Shown: positions 39,227-48,138 of the stretch, piece after piece
Layout of the letters: each line of letters begins with the position of its first letter
Numbering within the stretch: the first letter of the stretch is position 1
From: Deltaproteobacteria bacterium
GTDB taxonomy: Bacteria > SAR324 > NAC60-12
Assembly: GCA_038150265.1 (NCBI GenBank)
Contig: JAYOTF010000007.1
Span: 36,700 to 100,699 of the forward strand
Reading direction: 5' to 3'
DNA: 64,000 nucleotides
Notes under the pieces: model-generated
The model's database searches: none
Told to the model about the DNA's origin: nothing
The model's input: the letters and a program-made list of their open reading frames with translations, nothing else
Position numbers and translations under genes: made by a program

Positions 39227-40843
39227 ATGAAGGCATTCCAGGTCCTTGCGCTCGCATCGTTGCTGCTGCTCAACGTCTCGACCCTGTGGGCGGCGAGTCC
39301 CAACAGCAACCAGCTATCCGACGTCCGGGTTCGTCAGGCGATTGCCTACGCGATCGACATGGATACGATTGTGGAAACCCTCTTTGAGGGCATGGCGATC
39401 GCTGCCGATAGCTCGATTCCGAACGGCTCGTTCAAGGCGCCGGGGCTGCCGCGCTACACCTATGATCCGGACAAGGCTCGCCAGTTGCTGAAGGAGGCGA
39501 ACTGGGACTCCAGCCGTGTGCTGGATGTGGTGTATTACTACGGAGACCAGACGACCGCTGACCTGATGGCCGCGATTCAGGCGTACCTGGCTGACGTGGG
39601 CATACAGATGACCTTCCGGAAGCTCGAGGGCGACGTTGGCGCGCAACTGCGTACGCTGCCGAGCGACCCGGTCAATGGCCCGGCTGCCATCACGTGGGAC
39701 CTGGGTTATGGCGCCAAGGCCGCGTTGGCACTGCAGGAGTACTACAACAACTATGAGACGGGCAAGAACGCCAACACGCCCGGATCTCCAGAGCTGGACC
39801 GCCTCGTGTCGGCGATCAACAGCACCGCGGATGTTGAGAAGCAGCGTCAGGCCTTCTTTGCCATTGAGCGCTATGAGATGGAGAACCTCTTCGTCCTTCC
39901 GCTCTACTACCAGCAGATGTTCATCTATGAGAGCAAGCGCCTGAACCGCAACGGCGGACTTTATGGAAACGCCCAGTACAACTACGATTGGAACATTGTG
40001 GACTGGACCGTTACCCCAGATGCCAACGGCAAGCAGGTGCTGCGGACCAATACCGGACCCGTTGAGTTCTTTGAGCATGCCTGGTTCAACCCGGGACTGT
40101 ACATCTACACGAAGGTGCTCTTTGATCGGCTGATCACGGCTGACGGCTCCCTGGCGCCTTCCAATCCGCAGATGGCGAAGTACTACAACCTGAGCGACGA
40201 CGGCAAGACGCTGACCATTCAGCTGATGGACGGCCTCACCTGGCACGATGGCACCCCGATTACCGCTGAGGAGATCAAGTGGAACGTCGAGTTTGCCAGC
40301 AAGGTTCCGGTGATTCACCCCATCTTCAAGCAGACCTTCTCGTCCCTCAAGGGCGCCCAGGCCTTTGCTGATGGCAGCGCCTCCGGCATCTCGGGCATCA
40401 CCACAAGCGGCAACACCCTCACGTTCAGCTTCGAGACCCTGGATCCGAATGTGCTGCTCACCTTCTCTCAGTGGGCGCCGCTGCCTCGGAAGCACCTGGG
40501 CAACGCTGACCCGCTGAAGTTCCAGCAGCATTCCTTCTGGCAGAATCCAGTGGGCTCCGGACCGTTCAGGGTCAAGGAAGTGCAGATGAACGACTACCTC
40601 GTGATGGTGCCGTTTGAAAACTACCACGGAGGTCGTGCCAAACTGGATGAGATCGTGGCCTACCCGAGCGGCGACAATGACCCGAATGTGGTGAAAAATG
40701 CTGCAGCTCAGCAGCTCGATTACGGCTTCACCAAGAACGTCTCGGACGTGCAGTCGCTCAAGGCGATGGACCACATGCGGGTCACCCCCGTGGACATCCC
40801 TTACACCCGTGTGCTCTGGATCAACAAATTTCCCAAGCAATAG
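39227..40843 (+). CDS. Family-5 ABC substrate-binding protein, circularly permuted
   Basis: Signal peptide from ATG 39227 (in-frame ATG 39134 also has an RBS); DVRVRQAIAYAID precedes WHDGTPITAEE and NPVGSGPF. Confidence 0.88.
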   Translation: MKAFQVLALASLLLLNVSTLWAASPNSNQLSDVRVRQAIAYAIDMDTIVETLFEGMAIAADSSIPNGSFKAPGLPRYTYDPDKARQLLKEANWDSSRVLDVVYYYGDQTTADLMAAIQAYLADVGIQMTFRKLEGDVGAQLRTLPSDPVNGPAAITWDLGYGAKAALALQEYYNNYETGKNANTPGSPELDRLVSAINSTADVEKQRQAFFAIERYEMENLFVLPLYYQQMFIYESKRLNRNGGLYGNAQYNYDWNIVDWTVTPDANGKQVLRTNTGPVEFFEHAWFNPGLYIYTKVLFDRLITADGSLAPSNPQMAKYYNLSDDGKTLTIQLMDGLTWHDGTPITAEEIKWNVEFASKVPVIHPIFKQTFSSLKGAQAFADGSASGISGITTSGNTLTFSFETLDPNVLLTFSQWAPLPRKHLGNADPLKFQQHSFWQNPVGSGPFRVKEVQMNDYLVMVPFENYHGGRAKLDEIVAYPSGDNDPNVVKNAAAQQLDYGFTKNVSDVQSLKAMDHMRVTPVDIPYTRVLWINKFPKQ

Positions 40844-40856
40844 GGTAACCTGAGTT

Positions 40857-40894
40857 CCCGCCTTCTTCCCGGAGCCTCCGGGAGGAAGGTCGGG
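40857..40894 (+). other. Strong intercistronic stem-loop after the binding-protein gene
   Basis: CCCG-CCTTCTTCCCGGA-GCC-TCCGGGAGGAAGG-T-CGGG. Confidence 0.6.
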
Positions 40895-40919
40895 TTGTCT
40901 TGCTGGTTGTGTTTGCCCC

Positions 40920-41879
40920 ATGTCTGCCTACTTCATCCGCCGGTTGCTGCTCCTGGCGCCGATGCTCCTGGTCATCAGCTTCTTCATCTACCTCGCCATT
41001 GAACTGACGCCTGGGGATATTGTTTCGTACATGATCAGTCCTGAGCTGATTGCGGACTTCAGTCCCGAGGAGCTGGCGGCAATGCGTCAGGCGTTGGGGC
41101 TGGATGAGCCGTTTCTGATCCGCTACCTGCACTGGTTGGGAGGCGTGCTTCAGGGGGACTTCGGCTACAGCCTGGCCAGTGGCGTGCCCATCAGCGACAT
41201 TGTTCTGGATCGTCTCCCAGCCACGTTGGAACTGTCTGCTGTGGCCCTGTTCTTTTCGACCCTCTTTGGCTGTGTGCTGGGGACCTTCAGCGCCCTGAAA
41301 CGGGGTTCGGCCACCGACAATGCGCTGACCGTCTTCGGGATGCTGGGAGTCTCCATCCCTGAATTTATCTTTGGCCTGGCGGCCCTGGTTCTGTTTGCTC
41401 TGGAGTTGGGCTGGCTTCCGGTTGGAGGACGGCTGATGCCCGGGTATGAAACCCTGGGAGACCGCCTTCCCCACCTGGTGCTTCCGGGGCTGGTGCTGTC
41501 GCTGACGATGACAGCCGGGGTGATGCGTTACTCACGCTCCAGCATGCTGGACGCCATGAACCGGGAGTTCATCAAAACCGCCCGTAGCAAGGGGCTTCCG
41601 GAGTGGCGGGTCAACTTCCTCCACGGCTTTCGGGTGGCGCTGACGCCGGTGATTGTGCTGATCGGCTTTCGGCTCCCGTTGCTGATTGGCGGCACCGTCA
41701 TTGTCGAGCAGGTCTTTCAGTGGCCTGGAGTGGGTGAGCAGTTCGTGGTCGCGGTCCGGGCACAGAATTATCCGTTGATCATGATGATCGCCTTTCTGTC
41801 TGTGACAGCAGTGTTGCTGGCCAGCTTCCTCATTGACCTCCTGACGGCGCTGCTGGATCCACGCGTCCAACTGGATTGA
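40920..41879 (+). CDS. ABC permease (DppB-like)
   Basis: GDFGYS, RLPATLEL, FIKTARSKGL, LLDPRV. Confidence 0.92.
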   Translation: MSAYFIRRLLLLAPMLLVISFFIYLAIELTPGDIVSYMISPELIADFSPEELAAMRQALGLDEPFLIRYLHWLGGVLQGDFGYSLASGVPISDIVLDRLPATLELSAVALFFSTLFGCVLGTFSALKRGSATDNALTVFGMLGVSIPEFIFGLAALVLFALELGWLPVGGRLMPGYETLGDRLPHLVLPGLVLSLTMTAGVMRYSRSSMLDAMNREFIKTARSKGLPEWRVNFLHGFRVALTPVIVLIGFRLPLLIGGTVIVEQVFQWPGVGEQFVVAVRAQNYPLIMMIAFLSVTAVLLASFLIDLLTALLDPRVQLD

Positions 41880-41883
41880 GGCC

Positions 41884-42816
41884 ATGATTTCCCCAACCCC
41901 CAGGCCCAGGACTCGGCTGGACCGGCAGTTTGACCAAATCCGGGAACGTGAGGAGCAGGGCACCTTCCGGGCTGGCATCAGGAACCGCTTCCTGCGGAAG
42001 ATGGTGGCAAACAAGCTGGCGCTGCTGGGGGGCGGTTTTGTGCTCCTGGTCATCATGGCGGCACTCTTTGCCCCCCTCCTGACGGAGTACGACCCCCTCA
42101 GGGTCAACCTGCGGGCCATGCTCCAACCGCCTTCGTGGGATCACCTCCTGGGCACCGACAAGATTGGTCGCGACATCTTTGCCCGGCTCATTTACGGAGG
42201 ACGCATCTCGATCCTCGTTGGCCTGGGCAGCGCGCTGGGGGCTGCGCTCATTGGGGTTTCCATCGGGGTGTATGCGGGGTATCGCGGAGGGTGGCTGGAC
42301 GCCATCTTTCTGCGGCTTTCCGAAATCGTGACCGCGTTTCCGCAGATCATCCTGGTGCTGATCCTGGTCTCCATTGTCGGGCAGGGGCTTGAGAATCTGA
42401 TTGTCATCTTTGTGCTGACAGGATGGGGGCCGATGTACCGCATGATGCGGGCGCAGGTGCTGTCGCTCCGGGAGGAAGAATACGTACAGGCGCTTCAGGC
42501 CTTTGGGCTGAGTTCAGTCACCATTTGCTACAAGCACATCCTCCCCAATGCCCTCGGGCCGATCATGGTCAACATCACGCTGACGACGGCCATGTTCATT
42601 TTGCAGGAGGCGGGGCTGAGCTTCCTGGGGCTGGGGGTGCCGCTGCAGATCCCCACTTGGGGGAACCTCCTCAATGTCGCACAGGACCTCCGGATCCTCC
42701 AAAACTACTGGTGGGTCTGGCTCCCGTCTGCAGTGATGATTTCGCTGTTTGTGCTGGCCATCAACTTTGTCGGGGATGGCCTGCGGGATTCCACCGATCC
42801 GAGCCTACAGGGGTAA
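41884..42816 (+). CDS. ABC permease (DppC-like)
   Basis: HLLGTDKIGRD, EAGLSFLGLG, NFVGDGLRD. Confidence 0.92.
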   Translation: MISPTPRPRTRLDRQFDQIREREEQGTFRAGIRNRFLRKMVANKLALLGGGFVLLVIMAALFAPLLTEYDPLRVNLRAMLQPPSWDHLLGTDKIGRDIFARLIYGGRISILVGLGSALGAALIGVSIGVYAGYRGGWLDAIFLRLSEIVTAFPQIILVLILVSIVGQGLENLIVIFVLTGWGPMYRMMRAQVLSLREEEYVQALQAFGLSSVTICYKHILPNALGPIMVNITLTTAMFILQEAGLSFLGLGVPLQIPTWGNLLNVAQDLRILQNYWWVWLPSAVMISLFVLAINFVGDGLRDSTDPSLQG

Positions 42817-42824
42817 GCGACGTC

Positions 42825-43829
42825 ATGGCGCACGAAACCATTCTCAGTGTCCGGAACCTGAAGACCTACTTTTACACCAACAACCGCTGCAACAAGGCGG
42901 TGAATGGGGTGTCGTTTGAGGTCAAAAAGGGACGGACGCTCTGCATCGTCGGTGAGAGCGGTTGTGGCAAGAGCGTCACGGCTGCGACGATCATGCAGCT
43001 GCTGCCCAAGCTGTCGCGCATTGAGGAAGGGGAGGTCGTTTACCACAGCGCTTCCGGAGACATCCGGATCGATCAACTGGAGCGAAACGGGAAGGCGATG
43101 CGTGCGCTTCGGGGAGCCGACATGGCGATGATCTTTCAGGACCCCATGACCGCGTTCAACCCGGTTTACACCGTCGGTTGGCAGATCGAGGAAAACCTGA
43201 GGTACCACACCCACCTCAGCTCTGGAGAAAGGCGCGAACGGACCCTTGAGCTGCTTCGGGAAATGGGCATTCCGCTTCCGGAACAACGGGCGACGGAGTA
43301 CCCGCATCAGTTTTCCGGAGGCATGCGCCAGCGGGCGATGATTGCCATGGCAATGGCCTGTCGTCCCAAAATCCTCATTGCCGATGAGCCCACGACCGCG
43401 CTGGATGTGACGATCCAGGCCCAGATCTTTGAACTGATGGAGCGCCTGAAAACCGAACACGAGACGGCCATCATTCTCATCACGCACGACATGGGCGTGG
43501 TGGCCGAGTTGGCAGATGAAGTAGCGGTGATGTACATGGGCCACATCGTGGAGAGTGGGACCGTCGCAGACGTCCTCCGGACCCCGGCCCACCCCTACAC
43601 AAAGGCGCTGCTCCGTTCGATCCCGGTGCTGGGACGAGGCAAGCAGCAGGACCTTGAGCCCATCCGTGGGGCCACTCCGGATCCCTACAGGCGCCCGGTG
43701 GGCTGCCAGTTCATGCCCCGATGCGACTTCGCCAGCGACGCGTGCCTGAAGGAGCCCGACGAATCCACGGTCAGCGCTACCCACCGGGTCTGCTGCTGGC
43801 ACACCGATCAGGTCCAGCGCCATGTCTGA
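42825..43829 (+). CDS. ABC ATPase (DppD-like)
   Basis: [29 protein letters not shown]. Confidence 0.93.
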   Translation: MAHETILSVRNLKTYFYTNNRCNKAVNGVSFEVKKGRTLCIVGESGCGKSVTAATIMQLLPKLSRIEEGEVVYHSASGDIRIDQLERNGKAMRALRGADMAMIFQDPMTAFNPVYTVGWQIEENLRYHTHLSSGERRERTLELLREMGIPLPEQRATEYPHQFSGGMRQRAMIAMAMACRPKILIADEPTTALDVTIQAQIFELMERLKTEHETAIILITHDMGVVAELADEVAVMYMGHIVESGTVADVLRTPAHPYTKALLRSIPVLGRGKQQDLEPIRGATPDPYRRPVGCQFMPRCDFASDACLKEPDESTVSATHRVCCWHTDQVQRHV

Positions 43830-44844
43830 GCAGGAAGTCATTCTCAAACTGAGGGGCGTGAAGACCTACTTCCCCGTCCGCAAGGGGATCCTCAAGCGGG
43901 TGGTGGGCCACGTCAAAGCCGTAGACGGGGTGGACCTGGAGATCTACCGCGGGGAAACCCTGGGGCTGGTTGGAGAAAGCGGGTGCGGCAAGACGACCCT
44001 GGGCAAGTCCATCCTGCAACTGGTGAAGGCAACGGCTGGAGAGATTCTTTACAACGACCGCGAGCAGACGCGTGACCTCCGCCAGCTGGGTGCGGATGAA
44101 ATGAAAGCCGTCCGCAAGAAGCTGCAGATCGTCTTTCAGGATCCTCACTCGTCCCTCAATCCCGCCTTGACCGTGTTCGGCTCTCTGCAGGATCCGCTCA
44201 AGGCGTACGGCGTCAAGTCCCGGGCGGAACGTCGCCAGATCATAGGAGACCTCCTGGAGGCCGTCAACCTGCGTCGTGAGCAGATGGACAACTACCCCCA
44301 CGAGTTCTCCGGAGGGCAGCGGCAACGCATCGGCATCGCCCGGGCCCTGTGCATTGATCCGGAGCTGATCGTCTGCGATGAAGCCGTGAGCGCGCTGGAT
44401 GTCTCCATTCAGGCTCAGGTCCTCAAGCTCCTCAAGAAGCTCAAGGACGAGCGGAACCTGACCTACCTGTTCATCACCCATGACCTGAGCGTGGTGGAGT
44501 ACATCAGCGACCGCGTGGCGGTGATGTACCTGGGGAAGATTGTGGAGCTGGCCAACAGCGAGGAGCTTTATGGAAACGCCCTGCACCCGTACACGCAGGC
44601 TCTGCTTTCTGCCATTCCAGTGGCAGATCTTGACCGCACGTCCCAGCGCATCTTGCTGGAGGGCGACGTTCCCAGTCCGGTCGATCCACCGTCCGGGTGC
44701 CCGTTTCATCCACGTTGTCCTCAGGCTCAGGAACGCTGCCACACCGAGGTGCCGTTGCTGAAACGCTACCGGATCAACGGCAAGGACCACTTTGCCGCCT
44801 GTCACCTGGCAGAGGCTCCGGCGGCTTCAGTCAACGAAACCTGA
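43822..44844 (+). CDS. ABC ATPase (DppF-like)
   Basis: GESGCGKTT, FSGGQRQR, CDEAVSALD, PPSGCPFHPRC. Confidence 0.93.
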   Translation: MSEQEVILKLRGVKTYFPVRKGILKRVVGHVKAVDGVDLEIYRGETLGLVGESGCGKTTLGKSILQLVKATAGEILYNDREQTRDLRQLGADEMKAVRKKLQIVFQDPHSSLNPALTVFGSLQDPLKAYGVKSRAERRQIIGDLLEAVNLRREQMDNYPHEFSGGQRQRIGIARALCIDPELIVCDEAVSALDVSIQAQVLKLLKKLKDERNLTYLFITHDLSVVEYISDRVAVMYLGKIVELANSEELYGNALHPYTQALLSAIPVADLDRTSQRILLEGDVPSPVDPPSGCPFHPRCPQAQERCHTEVPLLKRYRINGKDHFAACHLAEAPAASVNET

Positions 44845-44883
44845 CCCGTCCCTGATCTTTTTTGACCGCTTTGCAAGGCCCTC

Positions 44884-46104
44884 ATGTCGATCACTCCCTA
44901 CCTGACCCATCTGGAAGGCATCCGCACCCTGAAGGCGGTTTACCGAGACGGCCTCCTCCAGGACACCGTTCCCTTCTGGCTGAAGCACAGCGTTGATCAC
45001 GAGCATGGAGGCTTTACGATTTGCCTCAATCGCGACGGCTCCCTCCTCGATACCGACAAGGGCATCTGGACGCAGGGACGCTTCACCTGGCTGCTGGCGA
45101 CGCTCTACAGCGAGGTGGCGCCCAATCCGGAGTGGCTGGCGCTGGCCAAGCACGGAGTGGACTTCCTCCGCAAGTATGGTTTTGATGACGACGGCCGGAT
45201 GTTCTTTTCAGTCACCCGCGATGGCAAGCCGCTCCGGAAGCGCCGCTATGTTTTTTCGGAAGCCTTTGCCGTGGCAGCTTTTGCCGCGTATGCCCGCGCT
45301 TCTGGAGACACACAGGCCCGAGAAGAGGCGCTGGCCGTGTTCCGACTCATGCAGACCTGCCTGACGGAGCCCGGGCGGCTGGCTCCGAAAATGATTCCGG
45401 AGACTCGATCGACCAAGGGGTTGGCGGTGCCGATGATTCAGATCGTCACGGCCCAGATCCTCCGGGAGGCGCTGGACGATCCTCAGGAGTGCAACCGGGT
45501 CATTGATGCGGCCATTGCAGAGATTGAGCGTGACTTCATGAAGCCAGACCTGAAGGCTGTGCTGGAGACCGTCTCGGCTTCCGGAGCCGTGCTGGATCAC
45601 TTCGATGGGCGGATGCTGTGTCCCGGACACGCCATTGAGGCGGCATGGTTCATCCTCAAGGAGTCCGAATACCGGGGCCATGACCTGCGCCTCCGGGAGC
45701 TGGGGCTGACCATTTTGGACTGGATGCTGGAGTGGGGCTGGGATCAGGAATACGGCGGGGTGCTGTACTACCGCGATTTCAAGGGGCTTCCCGTGCAGGA
45801 GTACTGGCAGGACATGAAGTTCTGGTGGCCGCACAATGAGGCGATCATTGCCACGCTCCTGGCCTATACCCTGACCCGGGATGAAAAATACGCGTGGTGG
45901 CACAAGCTCATTCACGATTGGGCCTATGCGCACTTCCCGGATGCCGAGCACGGAGAGTGGTTTGGCTACCTGCACCGAGATGGTCGGCTCTCGGTGCCGC
46001 TCAAGGGGAACTTCTGGAAAGGTCCCTTTCACCTGCCCCGGATGCAGCTGGTCTGCTGGAAGGCGCTGGAAGCCCTCGCTCCCGAGCCCGCGGAAGCCAC
46101 CTGA
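44884..46104 (+). CDS. N-acylglucosamine 2-epimerase (AGE family)
   Basis: TDKGIWTQGR, PGHAIEAAWF, KFWWPHNE, EWFGYLHRDG, KGPFHLPR. Confidence 0.92.
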   Translation: MSITPYLTHLEGIRTLKAVYRDGLLQDTVPFWLKHSVDHEHGGFTICLNRDGSLLDTDKGIWTQGRFTWLLATLYSEVAPNPEWLALAKHGVDFLRKYGFDDDGRMFFSVTRDGKPLRKRRYVFSEAFAVAAFAAYARASGDTQAREEALAVFRLMQTCLTEPGRLAPKMIPETRSTKGLAVPMIQIVTAQILREALDDPQECNRVIDAAIAEIERDFMKPDLKAVLETVSASGAVLDHFDGRMLCPGHAIEAAWFILKESEYRGHDLRLRELGLTILDWMLEWGWDQEYGGVLYYRDFKGLPVQEYWQDMKFWWPHNEAIIATLLAYTLTRDEKYAWWHKLIHDWAYAHFPDAEHGEWFGYLHRDGRLSVPLKGNFWKGPFHLPRMQLVCWKALEALAPEPAEAT

Positions 46105-46108
46105 CCGG

Positions 46109-46522
46109 CTAGCGCGCGAGGCGACGGATGCCCGCCTGGCACCCCAGCTTGAGGAAGGGCGTGTTGCGCGGATCCTGAGGATCCAGGTAGAGGCCCTGCG
46201 CAGTCGGATGCCGCTCAAAGTTCCCAACGTCGCTGTCTTGCCAGTTGCAGAGGACCTCCACACTCCGGACCACGTCTCGGCGGGTGCAGCGGAGCGTCTT
46301 CCCGGCGATCAGCATCCACCCGGTGGAATCCTGCCAGCTCTTTTCAATCGCACAGGCCCAGCCCTGTCCCTCAAAGATGGGGCCGTCTTCGACAATCCGG
46401 ACGACCTCCCGAGGGCCGTAGACGCCTTCGCGGTAGAATTCCAGCTGCCACTCGAAGTAGCTCTGGGCCTGCACCGGAAGTCCCACCAGCAGGCTGAGCC
46501 CCAGCACCCCGCGCCACTTCAT
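46109..46522 (-). CDS. Hypothetical secreted protein with four Cys
   Basis: Signal peptide (VQA-QS); ATGA overlap with the upstream kinase. Confidence 0.65.
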   Translation of the reverse strand: MKWRGVLGLSLLVGLPVQAQSYFEWQLEFYREGVYGPREVVRIVEDGPIFEGQGWACAIEKSWQDSTGWMLIAGKTLRCTRRDVVRSVEVLCNWQDSDVGNFERHPTAQGLYLDPQDPRNTPFLKLGCQAGIRRLAR

Positions 46523-48036
46523 GACATGCCTTCCTGCAGGAACATGGCTGCCAGGTCAAACGGGCTGAGCCGGATGTCATGCTGCTTGAGCAGCCCACCG
46601 ACGGAAATCAGCACCCGTGCCACCAGCACAAAGTGATCCGGAATCTCGACCTCGGCCTCCTTCATCACCTGCAGGTAGCGCCGCAGGCGGGTGAGCTGTG
46701 CGGGCTCCTGGGGCGCTTCTGCAAAGAGCAGGCGCTCGGCCTGTTCCGGATGCGGAACCCCAAACCCGGCCTTCAGCAGCAGGTCCACAAAGCCCGTCTG
46801 CTGCCGGTTGAGCAGGGCCACCAGCACGTTCCGGTAGGCCTCCGCCTGCTCCGCCGATAGCGTCCCAACGGCGCCGAAGTCCAGCAGCGCCAGCTGCCCG
46901 CGTGGCGTCACAAAGAAATTCCCGGGGTGGGGATCGGCATGAAAGAGCCCCGTGAGGAAGATCTGGCGCACAAAGCTCCGGGTGAGGGTCCGGAGGAGTG
47001 GATCGGCGGCGCTGGGGACCTCTTCCAGAAACCGACGGATGGGCTGTCCTTCGACAAAGCTCATCACCAGCGTCCGGCGCGAAAGCAGGTCGGGCATCAG
47101 GCTGGGGAAGGTCCAATCCACGCTGGGGTAGCGATCATGGAACTTCCGGAGGTTGTCGGCTTCATGCAGGTAATCCAGCTCCAGAAGGATGCTGCTGGAA
47201 AGCTCCCGGACCACCTGCTCCAGGTCCACGCCCTCCACCTGCTTCCCCATGAGCCTGGCCGCCAGCTCAAAGAACTGGAGGTCGGCCCGGACGCGTTCAT
47301 CGGCTTCCGGAAGCTGAACCTTGAGCGCAACCGGCGTGCCGTCTGCCAAGGTGGCCCGGTGCACCTGGGCAATGGAGGCGGTGGCCAGCGGTTCCGGATC
47401 GATGTGCTGGAAGGCTTCTGGCCAGCGGGTGTGCAGCTCCTCATTCAGAACCTGCTGGATCGCAGCCCACGGGGCGGAAGGTGCCTGGTCCTGCAGCTCT
47501 GCCAGTCGTTCTCGGTAAGCGACGGGAACCCAGTCTCCCTGAGTGCTGAGGAACTGCGCCGCCTTGACCCAGGCACCCCCCTGGCGCTTGCAGAGCTGCA
47601 CGAGCTCCTCTGCCTGAGTCTGGTGCAGGGCGTCGGTCTTGGCGGCATGCTCTTCTGCAGTCCGGAAGCGAGCAGCCTGGTCGTTGAGCTGACTCCGGAC
47701 CAGCATCCCGGAGAGCGTCTGAATGGCGTCGCGGTAACGGTCGCCGAGGCGCAGGAGTTGGGTGAGCTTGAGCCACTCATCCGAGTAGGCCGTTTGCAGC
47801 GCGAGCGCGTCTTGCCGGATCTGATCCGGATCGTCCCACCAGTCCCGGGTCTTGCGGACCAACTGGCTCTGCACCTCATCAGCGCGGCGCAGAGCGTCTT
47901 CCGGCAGCGAGCGCAGCCGTTCATTCCAGCGGTCCCAGTCGCCTCCGAGCGGGGTGTCCTGCAGCAGGCGGTTGAGGGGACCAGACTGTTCTTCAATCCA
48001 CTTGCGTGGGTCTCCGAGAATCTTGTTCCAGTCCAT
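46519..48036 (-). CDS. ABC1/UbiB/AarF-family atypical kinase
   Basis: WVKAAQ, ASIAQVH, VALKVQ, ELDY, FHADPHPGN, LDFG. Confidence 0.92.
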   Translation of the reverse strand: MDWNKILGDPRKWIEEQSGPLNRLLQDTPLGGDWDRWNERLRSLPEDALRRADEVQSQLVRKTRDWWDDPDQIRQDALALQTAYSDEWLKLTQLLRLGDRYRDAIQTLSGMLVRSQLNDQAARFRTAEEHAAKTDALHQTQAEELVQLCKRQGGAWVKAAQFLSTQGDWVPVAYRERLAELQDQAPSAPWAAIQQVLNEELHTRWPEAFQHIDPEPLATASIAQVHRATLADGTPVALKVQLPEADERVRADLQFFELAARLMGKQVEGVDLEQVVRELSSSILLELDYLHEADNLRKFHDRYPSVDWTFPSLMPDLLSRRTLVMSFVEGQPIRRFLEEVPSAADPLLRTLTRSFVRQIFLTGLFHADPHPGNFFVTPRGQLALLDFGAVGTLSAEQAEAYRNVLVALLNRQQTGFVDLLLKAGFGVPHPEQAERLLFAEAPQEPAQLTRLRRYLQVMKEAEVEIPDHFVLVARVLISVGGLLKQHDIRLSPFDLAAMFLQEGMS

Positions 48037-48138
48037 GAGTTTCAGCGAGGAGGTTGAGCAAAACACGGCTCGTTGAGCCGATGCCTGCAGGGTAGCGATT
48101 CCTGCGTAAAACGCCATCGGAACCGGTGTCAGGACGCG

